From NCBI RefSeq assembly GCF_001194135.2, contig NC_069003.1, positions 21,269,284 to 21,333,283 on the forward strand: a stretch of 64,000 nucleotides of DNA, written 5' to 3'. This document shows positions 13,655-26,400 of this stretch, one piece after another (within the stretch, counting starts at the first letter, position 1; the number at the start of each line of letters is the position of its first letter). This stretch comes from Octopus bimaculoides (lineage: Eukaryota). Both the position numbers and the translations under genes were made by a program. Below the pieces are notes generated by a model. The model saw only the letters and a list, made by a program, of their open reading frames with translations, was not told the origin of the DNA and ran no database searches.

Positions 13655-14386
13655 AATATGCTTTCTATTGGTCAATCAAATCTATTAAGACATATTAATC
13701 ATATTCTCTCCACTTGTCTTATCTTTGTCTATGACCACCACCACAAATAGGATAATTAGCCTAACTCTATCCTTCCTTAATTTTGTGGAATCTGTCACCG
13801 ACCCCATGCCTAACTCAAACTATCTTCACAGCTCCTCTGACCCTCCCCCACCTTAATGGCCTTCCACTGTTATCCTCCACTTCCCACCTTCCTTCCTTTC
13901 TACTCACCTTCCTCCATTCTTTAAACCCTTAGACACCTTCCTATCTCAAAAGACTCTTCTTCTTCTTCTTGTACTTTCCTCATCATCACCAATATACACT
14001 TTTTTTTTTTTACTTCACTACTTCTCTCTGTAATCACTCTTCCTACACCTCACTGACTCTCAAAGCCCAGCAGCATATCTTTGCACCTTACTCAGGGCAA
14101 TCCATTCTACCTGGACTCATCATCTTCACCCACTCTTCTCATGTACTTACCACAACCACCACCACTACTGCACTAAAAAACAGGGATGGTGGTGAGGAAG
14201 AAAACAAAAGCCAAGACATACTGGAAGGACAACACATCATTCCTACACTTGTTTTTTTTTCGTTGGTCACATTCTCCCTGCCTTCACCCCACCCCCAGAA
14301 TAACAGTTGCAGAGAGAGAGGGGGAGAGAGAGAAAGAAAGAGAGACAGTTGTTTCATTTCTCATCATTTACTGTACATCTAATTGG

Positions 14387-14462
<76 letters not shown>

Positions 14463-14510
14463 AAGTCCAAACAGCAGTCCAGGTTTTCTTCAGATTTTTT
14501 TCATCTTTTG

Positions 14511-14520
14511 TTTATTTATT
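14511..14520 (-). terminator. Candidate poly(A) signal (overlapping AATAAA x2 on minus strand), implying a ~750-nt 3'UTR
   Basis: Plus-strand TTTATTTATT is the first AATAAA I found downstream of the FARP stop; use as the real site is inferred. Confidence 0.45.
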
Positions 14521-15239
14521 TTCTTTTTGTTGAGATGGTAGTAGTAGTATTAGCAGTAGTTGTAGTAGTAGTAGTATTCTATGTCACCATAATGCTTATG
14601 AGAAAAAGAAAAAAGAAGTATGAGCAAAAATGTGGACACAGTTACAGCCAATGGTCTGTGACAAGCTCCACTAGGTTGTGATAGGGGAGCCAGCCAGTTT
14701 GTTACATATTGTTAGCTGTCACAAACTGGTGCGATCAATGTAGGATGTGTAGAAGTTGTGTGTGACTGTATATGTGACATCTCACAAAGTGTAACAGTGA
14801 GGGCTTATGCAAAATATCCGGTCAGATTCTGTATAAGTGTGAGACCAGACAGCTGTGTGTCAAAACAGCTTGTAACAATATGTAACACAGCTCACAAGAA
14901 ATGTGACAGTCCGTGTTGTATGTGACAAAGCATGACAGCACACAGCGCAACAACCTGCAGAATGATGTGACTTCTGTGTTGTGACGACATATTACATACT
15001 GTAAAACTGTTACATAATGTGTGACAGGGCTCAAAGTGTAACTTGGACCGAAACAGTTAGAGGCCCATGCGAAGTATGAAGTAATAAAAGAATTTTTAAA
15101 AAATTCAGAGAGAAGAGGAGGCTGTCATTCAGTACTCAGTAGTAGTCAGAGATTTGTGTATGCATGTGTGATGTGTTTATAGAAATATGTGTGTGTGTGT
15201 GTGTGTATTGGTATAATTAACTCAGTCCAGCAAAGGTGG

Positions 15240-15333
15240 TTAGCATTTCTCTGCCCCTTGTTCACTCTCCATTCGACTGAAAACACGTAATCTGCGGGCA
15301 CTGCTGGTGGCACATTTGACCACTTCAATCCAT
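15240..15333 (-). CDS. FARP1/2: FARP-like terminal coding exon: (R)[30 protein letters not shown]
   Basis: ctctgttacag|A TGG...TAA; phase-2 start; RW.EV...ATSSA matches the family C-terminus. Confidence 0.95.
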
Positions 15334-17451
15334 CTGTAACAGAGATAAAGAGATGCATTAGTTTGTATTGCATGCATGTGAACACACACACACACATAGA
15401 CAATTTTTACTATGTTTGACACAGGTTAGGTGGGACATTGTAGTAGTAGTAGTAGTAGTAGTAGTAATAAGGACTATTATTTTATTAATTCATTATTTTC
15501 AAAATTAATTAAAATGAAGACACTGTACTTTTAAAGAAATCTGGTAATGAAAGTGTGTTCTTATTTTAGAGAGACACGAATTCCACTGAATCAATTTGTC
15601 AGACCAAAATTCTCCAAACTGTGAACTGCCACACTTTTGTGCATCACCATTAATCTCTGAATGAAGTCAAACCAGTTTTTACGAATATTTAGCTACGAAG
15701 TATAGCTGATAGCTCATGTATTCATCAAGACACGATTTGGTATTTAATTGAAAATGAAACTTAATGTATCAAATATTTCATTTTTTAAATGTGTGTTACC
15801 AATAAGAAAAGTTTAGGGAACTTCAATTTATGTAATCTGTACAAAGACAAATTCTTCTTGTAGCCCTGCAATGACCAGCTAGATCACAGACTGGCATTGC
15901 TGCCTTCATTATTATCATTGTTGCCATCATTATTAATTAAATCGAATGCCAGGACTCACCTCTGAAATGTATATTCACTTTCTGCTCGGAAGAAATAGAC
16001 ATGGTTTTTGAACTGGAGTTTGAAGACGTGATCCTTGGTGATCTTGTCTTCTTCTGTTGGTATGTTGACAGCATAACCAAGCAATGGGAGGCTGGCCAGA
16101 GGGAATTCATCCTGAAAAGAGAAAATATAAATAAACTGCTACAAAACCCTGAATGAATGGAATTGGAAAAAAAAAATGAGGAAAACTTTATGTACGTCAC
16201 ATCATATCGTGTTTTCTACACCAGGATCTCCATTGGCCATGTATGTACAGGTTTTGGGAAACATTTTTTTAAGGAACACTGGCAGTTATCCATGCATGAG
16301 GATATCTCCTCTCCATGTCACTGATGTTTATCCAAGGAAAAAACTGCCAACTTGAGATGATACAGTTTGACACCAGTATAATCACAGGTGTTGCTGTCCA
16401 AACAAAGTAGCCTGAACAGATTCTACAAAGCATCTTACCCCCCGATTCACTGCCTCCCCACCACTCTCACCACAACAGCTTTACCAATCCACAACACTAC
16501 ATGGGTCCTTTTATCGACCCTGAAAGAATGAAAGGCAGAGTTGACCTCAGTGAGATTTTGTACTCACAGTACAGGGAGCTGGAATAAGTACTGCAAAGTA
16601 TTCTATCAAACATTGTAACATCTCTACCACTTTGTTGCCCCCTTTATTTTCAGAGGTGGGGCAGTACCTTCTCCACAAGTGATGTATACATAAAGTCAAT
16701 GCTAGTTAATCTACATAGATACCACCTTAGCTCACCTGTCCATGCTCTAAGGGGTGACAGCTGGAGAGAGAGAGAACGAGAGCAACACTAGCACTCAGTA
16801 CTCATTTTCAACTGAGTAGATCGAAGCAACGTGAACTGAAATACCTTGCTCAAGAATACAATGTATTGCTACGTCCTACAATTGAAACCAGGAGCCTATG
16901 ATTGCGAGTCCAGCAGCTTAAACACTAGGCCACCATGTTTACCCAAACACAATTAACTACAATATAATAATATTGTACTTACTTGGTAGGTCTTGTAGAA
17001 AAACAAGCAGAAATTTGTGAAGACCACCCATAGCTTTTGCCATCCATTGCTGGTTTTGAATTTTCTCAGGAGATAACCACTGAGCTGGTTCTGTAAAAAT
17101 AAGATAGAAAATAACAACAAATGTGCTTGCAAATTAGTTTATAGGTATACAATAGAAGTTGCTTATTGTGATTACTTTGAGATGGAACTATTCAGATAAC
17201 AATGACAAACTGATAGCATTAACACCTATGAAACCAACCTGTCTAAGATTGTCTCACACCACAGTACAAACTTTGTGTTTTAAGAGTGGCTGTGTGGTAA
17301 GTAGCTTGCTTACGAACCACATGGTTCCGGATTCAGTCCCACTGCGTGGCATCTTGGGCAAGTGTCTTCTACTATAGCCTCAGGCCGACCAAAGCCTTGT
17401 GAGTGGATTTGGTAGACGGAAACTGAAAGAAGCCCATCGTATGTATGTATG

Positions 17452-17497
<46 letters not shown>

Positions 17498-20400
17498 TCC
17501 CCCCCAACATCGCTTGACAACTGATGCTGGTGTGTTTACGTCCCCGTAACCTAGCGGTAGTGGTTCGGAAAAAGAGATCGATAGAATAAGTACTAGGCTT
17601 ACAAAGAATAAGTCATGAGGTCGATTTGCTCGACTAAAGGCAGTGCTCCAGCATGGCTGCAGTCAACTGACTGAAACGAGTAAAGAGAGTGAAGTAAAAT
17701 TTTCTAGCTATCAGTTGGTGCCAGTCACCATTGAGAAGTTAGATGTTCTAGGACCTCAAACCACTGATTTCCTCAACAAAATAGGGATAACGGTGGCCCA
17801 TTGGAGAAATGAGCCCCGCGAAGTGGCTGCTGCAGCAATGCGATCGCAATCATTACCACAAGGTACGGCTTAGCACACCAATAGTTCTGGGGTATGCCCC
17901 CCTCCCCTCCATCTTTTGCTGCTTTACTTTCCCTTTTTCCTCTTATTTCTTTTCCTTTCTTATCTCTCTCTGTTTTTCCTGTTTCTTTGTATTTAAATGT
18001 TATAAATAAACAGTTAATCAGGGAAAAAGATATATTTGTATATACAATAAAAAATAAAGTATAATTTCATGTTAATTTATGAATAATGATGGCCAAATTA
18101 CTTCACTAAATTCTTCATTATTCTCAAAATTGATTGAAACAAAGACTGTATTTTAACAGAAATGTTGTGCGACTGTCAGTTTGTGTGTTCTGTGACTCAC
18201 CTGAAAAGCCCCTATTTCTATGATACAAACTTCCTGTTTTAAAGTAATCTTAACTAAAATCTTCCATGGTTTCATGTTAATTATGTTCCAAACACTAGAT
18301 TAATAATGACAATGTTACTTTATTAACTTCTTCGTTATTTTCAAAATTAATTAATATAAAGGTTGTGCATTTTAATGTATTTAGCAAACTAATTACACAA
18401 CCATGTTTCTTGGTTCAATTTTGCTGCATAATTCTTTGGGCAAGAATTTTCTGCCCCAGTTTTTGGTTGACCATTGTCTTGTAAGTGAAATTTGTGTGTA
18501 TGTATGTATGTAAATACATACACAACAGCCTTCTTTCAATTTTCATCTACCAGATCCACTCACAAAGCATTAATCTTCCTGAGGCTAGAGTAGAAAACAC
18601 TTACCCAAAATGCCATGTGGAGGCACAATGGCCTAGTGGTTAGAGCAGTGAACTCGCAGTCAACAGATTGCAGGTTCGAATCTGAAACTAGATGATGTGT
18701 GTGTTTATGAGTGAAACACCTAAGCTCCACGTGGCTCTGGCAGAAGGTTTTGGCAAACTTCTGCTGACTCTTTGGCCACAACTTTCTCTTACTCTTTCCT
18801 TCTGCATTTAGTAGATCACCTGCGATGGACCGGTGTCCTGTCCGGGTGGGGCACCTATATGCCAATGAAACTGGAAAACTGGCCCAGACATAGCTCAAGA
18901 AGGAACAAACAATAAGATGCCATGCATTGGGAGTGAACCTGAAACCATGTGAAACAAACTTCTTAACCACACAGCAACACACCTGTGTGTGCATGTATAT
19001 TTACATACATACACACAAATTTCACTTACAAGACAGTGGTCAACCACTTCTGATCACTTTAGCAATGTAACTATATGTTGTTGGTGATTTTTTTTTTTTC
19101 CTACCCAATGAAGAGCTATGCACGAAACGTCAAAAACTCTTTTTACTGAGCATCAAACTAATACATTCCTTGTGCAAGTCTTCTTCTTGTTTGCTATTGT
19201 TATTTTTAATGTTCATTTATTTGAGATCTTTTCTGTTAATTCTCCATTAATTTTTTCTTTTGTCTCCATTTTCTTTTCCTTTTCAGAGAAATTCTGAAAC
19301 TACTTGGTAGAGAGAGAAAGAAAGAGAGAGAAAATAGACTTACCTTAACAGCTTTGTCGTGGTCTCTCATACTCACACTGGTGTTACGGTGCCAACATAC
19401 ATGCATAGTAGTGTTGCCTCGATGTTGTATTTGCTTTTCTGGGCTAGGAGGAGACGTACCGAGTTTGTCGATATCCGAGGAGCCGGTTGTGGAAACATTC
19501 TCATTGGAGCCTGAAATATAATCATGATGAAATGTTACCACGCACACAGTTAATGGATCAACTCTTGGTTCCAACAATGACACAGTTTGGTTGTAACAGT
19601 TTGGTAACGAAAGGTCTAACAAATAAGACTATCTACTCATGGTATCTTAATTTCACTGGTTGCAGTGAGTGACACCTTCAAGGAGGTTGAATTCATCATA
19701 TCAATCCCAGTACATATATTAGTCTGGCATCTATATTACCAATATCTATGTGTTGGACTGCTAAGTCTCAAGACAAAGTGACACAACATAAAGATATGTG
19801 TGCATGTGTACACACACATGCATGTATATAATACATAATTATATGTATATAATACATATAATACATAATTTTAAAGTAGACACAGCTATCCAATCCAACC
19901 AGCATGAAGCCCCCTTTCTTATTGGTTGTACCATGCAAACTCTCTTATAAAGTAATCTCAAAACTTCCCATTAAAATTTCATGTTAATTTATGTTTCAAA
20001 CACTATCATAAATTTTGGGTATTTGAGTATATTTAAGAATTTAAGGAATGGAGAAAATGNNNNNNNNNNNNNNNNNNNNNNNNNNNNNNNNNNNNNNNNN
20101 NNNNNNNNNNNNNNNNNNNNNNNNNNNNNNNNNNNNNNNNNNNNNNNNNNNNNNNNNNNAAAATTGGAGCGACATGCATGCTAATTTGTGGATGTGCATA
20201 AACTACATTCATGTACACACACACATCTTGACTTTTATAGATATGATGTCTGCGCCAATATGTATGCTGCACATTGCATAGTATTATTGTACATTTACAA
20301 ACCAATGCAGATATATAAGGTTAGCACTTCAGATCAACAAAACATGTTGGTTACATCAATAATGCTTCAACTCTCTCTCCACTCACTCTCACTCATACGC

Positions 20401-23400
20401 ACACACCTAGGGCTTCCATACGACCCCTTCCTATCACATTTCACTTGAAAAACATATGTCCACCCAAGACTTTAGTAGAAGATACCTACCCAAGGTGCCA
20501 TGCTGTGGAATTGAACCTGAAGCCACATGGTCAAAATTTGCAATTGTTAACCACCCAACCCCACAGTTTATACAGTAACATTAGCAACCTCATATCAATT
20601 AAAGATGTTAACTACTTTATATCAACTAAAAATCAACAATAACAAAAGTAAATCTTGCAAAAACAGTACAAATAATGATAAAGTATCTATTTTTTACCCT
20701 GAAAATAATTTCCATCTTGGTATCCCTCCATCAGAAAAGAGGATTCATGTACTTTTCTCCTCATGTTGAGAATTATAGTTCTACATGAACTAATTAAATA
20801 ACATACAAATGAGCTAACATTAATTGCTTTCACCCAATGCACATAATACCGCCAGGCAAAACAATAATTGGTTAATTTAGTACTCACTAGTTGTGGACCG
20901 AATGCTGCCATACTTCAGCCTATCATCAGTTTGTTTCTTGGCCATAGAAATTGAGAAGTTCAAGTCTTCAATCCATTTGTCTTTCTCTTCTTCAGAACTG
21001 GTTAAATAAAGTAACACACAAAATAAACAAAATGCCAGCTAAAGACAATACATTTCAAACTCTTCAACTCAAACTAGTTTTCCACATTGACGATACTATC
21101 AATTTGTCACAATCCCTCAGACAATATTTTGTGTCAATATTTTTCAGTGACTGGGCAGGATTTGAACTCAGAATGCACAAGGTTGGAGCAGATATCACAA
21201 AGCATTTTGTCTGATGCTGTCATGATTCTGCCAATTCACCACTCTGGACAGTTGCATCAAGAGATGCCGATATCTCTAATTGTGAAGAGAACATGTGGAA
21301 GAGGTAGACCTAGGAAGACGTGGGATGAAGTAGTGAGAAAAGATCTTAGATGTTGGGCCTCACAGAGGGGACGACAAGGGACTGTGACTCCAGGTAGTTT
21401 GCTGTGCTTGAGAAGAAGATAGTCAAGCTAAGTAAATTCATGGTCATCCTTGTATACAGACATGTCCCTTCCTCTTCAGCTGAGCATTCCTAATCTTGGG
21501 ATCTTGTGAGTGCAGGTGCCACATAAAAATACCTATGCCAGTGCTACATAAAAGCACCCAGTACACTCTGTAGAGTGGTTGGTGTTAGGAAGGGCGTCCA
21601 GCCATAGAAACCATGTTAAATCAGACATGGGGCCTGGGCACCTCTTCAGCTGATCAACTCTCATCAAACTGTTCAACTCATGCCATCATGGAAAACATAC
21701 ATTAAGTGATGATGATGATGGACAAATATTTTTTTATATAATCCTGAAGGGATGAAAGGCAAAGTTGAACTCAGAATGTTAAGGGTCAGAAGAAATGCCA
21801 CAAAGCATTTTTCTGACCCTCTAACAATTCTGCCAGTTCATTGCCTTTGAAAATAATAATTTCTTACACTCTCTGAGTGGTTGGCGTTAGGAAGGGCATC
21901 CAGCTGTAGAAACTCTGCCAAATTTAGATTGGAGCCTGGTGTTGCCATCCAGTTTCACCAGTCCTCAAACCCATGCTAGTATGGAAAGCGGACGTTAAAC
22001 GATGATGATGATGATGATGAGAACCATCTACAAACACTTTCACTACTGACACTTCATACATTTCTCTACAAACAACAAGGAAAAAAAAAACAAAAAAAAA
22101 CATTCACCTGGCAGCAACGAGAATACATTTGTTTCCACCATAGATTGTAAAACTATTTGCCACAGCTACTTTGGAAATATCAGATTCTTCGACCTGCAAA
22201 ATTCAGAACAAAAACTTTCTTGGAGTAATGTNNNNNNNNNNNNNNNNNNNNNNNNNNNNNNNNNNNNNNAGTTGACCTCAATAGTAACTGTCAGAACATA
22301 TGGTCAGAGGAAATGGCTTAATAATAATAATAATCTCTTTCTACTATAATAGGCACAAGGCCTGAAATTTTGAGGGAGGGAGATATTGGATTACATCGAC
22401 CGCAGTGCTTGACTGGTACTTATTTTATCAATTTTGAAAGGATGAAAGGCAAAGTTAACCTCACCAGAATTTGAACTTAGAATGTAAAAAAGGACGAAAT
22501 GCTACCAAGCATTTTGCTTGGCATGCGAACAATTCTGCCAGCTTTCAATCTTAATAATAATTATTGTAATAATGTGTTCTAACTGCAAAACCTGTGATGA
22601 GACAAGTACCAAACTGTATCAGCCCAAACTAGCAGATTTCCCCATGGCTAGCAAAATGGAGAGGGGAGAATTGCCTGCACTTCATCTTCCTCGGAAACAT
22701 CTTCCCTAAGCCTGTGTATACATGTACAGTTGAATGGTCAACACCGACCAACAGAGTCCCCTAGATAATAGAGTCCATAATAAACAATGTTGGAATAGAA
22801 AAAAAAAGAGAAAAATGGTCATGGTTTGGAATGTCTTTGGTTAGGGTAAACCACGGTCTAAACACCAACAACTATTGTTTTAAGGTGACCTCCTCCCATT
22901 TCTCAATCTTGTATTGTGTCTCTGGTGTGAGGCAGAACACTTGAGATCTTGTGTTTTCCTCTGCCATGGTCACTTTCAGCCGTCAACAGTATAATGGAAC
23001 TGCAGAAAGAACCAGCTATTATTGGTCAGTTTTGTTAAATCGACAATGGAGCCCCTGTACGGTCACATTACCATCTAGAAATAGCACTTAAATACCCCTT
23101 AAATCACAAGCTACTGTCTTTGATAGAAAGGCGGGATAGATTGGATGATGTAGTCATAGACTATTTATCAAACAAATAAAAAGTGATGGTTATGTTTGGA
23201 ATGCCTTTGATCCATGTCTACTGCATCAGAGCTGACTGGAGGCAAAACAATAAGCCCACCAACACCACCCCACCCATGTATATCACTGTCAGTAACTCCT
23301 ATTCCTCTAAGATCATATCTTACTTCCTTGTGTTATGACATCAAAGGTTAAAGGGTCAAAGAGCACCAGTGAATGGTCCATCTGAAACAATAGTCAACTC

Positions 23401-26400
23401 ACCATCATTCCTCGAAGAGGTAACTGGCCGTGCACTTTAAACTGGAGTAGAGATGTTGCTGTCCGACTTGTGTAGATTAGCATATCTGAAAACTGCATTG
23501 AACAATATTGTGAGCATCATCATCATCATCTTAATCACTGTTAGTAAAGTGCAAGGTACATACTAAACACAAGTACACACACACAACTGGCAAGCTTCCA
23601 TACAGTTTCCATCTACCAAATTTCACTTACCAAGCATTGGTCATTCAGAGGCTATAGTAGAAAGCAGCACATACAGACACAAGATTAGTTGAGTTAGAGG
23701 TTAAAATAACCATCTAAGGGATAAAAGTATCCATTATACTACCAGTATATTACCTATATTTAACCATGGGTATACATATGCAAGCATATTATGCTCATAA
23801 ATTATAGGCAAAGACAAGGATAAACATGAGTTTATCAAGAATCAAAATTTAAAGAAAACAGAAAATGGAGAAATACTGATTAACAACAATTGACTTACAT
23901 CAATTATTATTTATCAATTTAATGCAAATAGATTGCATCCTATCTAACAGCTGTTTCTGCTTCCAATGTTGTATGGTATTGCCATTGATATACTAAAAAT
24001 ATTTATCATATTTGGCAATAAAACCTATCTGAAACATGGAGCCTAGGCTCCAAAGTTGTCTGGAGGCCATGATTGAAGCCAATGGCAATTTTATTGAATA
24101 AATTTGCTCTTTAGTATTTCAAGATATTTTTATGTAATTTAGAAGTATAGGTACATATTTTTGCAAGACACACAAACATCCAAATGAATGCACTCAAGTA
24201 TTCATACACATATTTATTAAACACACACATGTAAGTTCATGCTATATACATATATTTATTCACTAAAAATACAAATACACCTTTCACCAAACTCAGTGGT
24301 GCAAGTCAAACACACACACACTAACCACCTATATGAACTAAACACACATACTCACTATACCCAGTCACACATGCTCTAAGTAAAACAGGATTACTATTGA
24401 CAATTTTTAATAAGAATTACCAAGAAGAACATTCTCTGTTGGTAACCTTTACGGGAAAACTTCTGCAGACATCCTTCTCGAATGAATTCCTGCAAATAGA
24501 AGATTTTTAGTGAAAACAGAGATACTGGAAAATATATATTAGTGACAGTATATATTAATACCGAGAGGTGATATCTATCTTTCACTTAAATGTGGATGTT
24601 AGAACAAACTATACTGTGAGAGAGACTCTCGTATTGGCTTTCTCGTGCAAAATGCACTTTTGTTTATATTGCTAGTGGGGCAATAAATCCCTGCCACCTC
24701 CAGCGGGGTCGAAGGTCACAACCAGAAATCACATGATCAGCTAGTCTCATCACTGGAGGTGGCAGGGATTAATCTTTCCACTAGCAGTATAAACAAGTGT
24801 ACATTTTGCACCAAAAGTCAATATAAGAGTTTCTCTCATGGTAACCAAAGCTTTATAGTTTGTTCTAACAGAACATCCACTTTTAAGTGGAGATAAATAT
24901 TACCCTTCAGAGATATTTGAGAGAAATTGAAGAAGGTTTACATGTATGTGTGACTAACAGATAATGACACAAATATGGCTGTGTGTTTTAGAGGTCTTGC
25001 TTCTCATCCATGTGGTTTTGGGTTCAGTTCCAATGTGTGGCACTTTGAGCAAATATTCACTACTATAGCACCAGACTGATCAAAGCCTTGTGAGGATTAT
25101 GGTGGACGGAAACGGTAAGAAGCCCATTGTATACATTGTGTGTGTGTCTCTCTGTGTTGACATCATGTGAGGGTTGTAAACAAGTATCTCTGTCATATAA
25201 GCAGTGTCCTTCATTTCCAGTATTCAGTAGGGACATGCCTGGCCATGGGGAAATGTATGAGCAAGTCCTCTGTCTCATGCAAGATAATCCTACCAGGGAT
25301 TTACTCTCATTCTATGCAGCAGCTGCAGATTGGAAGAGACCTCATGGTAGGCCTTACACCAGATGGCTTGATGTGATTGGGGAAGATCTCCAGAGGCGCA
25401 ATATCACCTTGGAGGATGCAGAAGGACTGGCACAGGACTGCCAGCGATGGAGAACACTGGTGGACCTGGTCAGCTCTATGCATGATGATGCCTCTGGGAT
25501 CGCTAACTTGGAATGACCCCAGCCCCATCAATCAAGAGCATGAACCCAGAAGCTGAGAAGAACTATAATGGATTGCATTTATAGTCTGACATCATTTATT
25601 ATCAAACACTGAAACATACGTAACAGATAAAATAAAGGAATTCCAAGTTCAAACGCAGGTTCTTTTCTCTCATTATGTATGTGTGTGTGTGTGTGTGTGT
25701 GTGTATTTGTGCACATGAAATGTTTAAGCAATCCAATCTAACTCACCCTATCTGGATGTATGAGACTGTCGATTCCGACCAAATCTCGCTGAAGTTCTAT
25801 AAGCTTCTGTAAATTATCCTGAAAAATGCAAAAGAAAACAGCTTGAAACAAAGATAAAATATTGGAAAATTACAAAATCATCAATAAAGAACTGAGAGAA
25901 ATTGTAAAGGATTGGAATTGTGTGGAAAGTCTGGTGTTCCTTTAATATGTAAGATTTAAAGGCAACTGTTGTTGAGTAGTAGTTCCTCGAAATTTGGGAG
26001 TAAAATTACAAAATAATCATCATGATCATCATTACAATCACCGTAGTCATGGCTATTCCAATCATCATCATGGCTGGTAGATTAGAAATTACATTACAGT
26101 ATTCAGGTTAGCATTACCTTTAACATATCCTCAATGCAACACTGCACAAAACAATGTCCTCAATACAACAGTGCACCCAGCATGTTCTTAATGTAACACT
26201 GCATACATATCCTCAATACAACATTGCACCCGAATGTTCATGATGCAAAGCTGCACCCAACATATCCTCAACACAATATTGAACCCCACATATGTTCAAT
26301 GCAACTCTGCATCCAACATGTTCTCAATGCAACACTGCATTCAACCAACATGTCCTTGCTGCAACATTGCATTCAGTATGTACAGGCAAGCAGTCTGGTC

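Noticed and set aside
14641-15043. CRISPR-like repeat-spacer interpretation of the motif cluster
   Set aside because: Repeats are only 6-7 bp, spacing is irregular, the context is eukaryotic and no cas genes are present.
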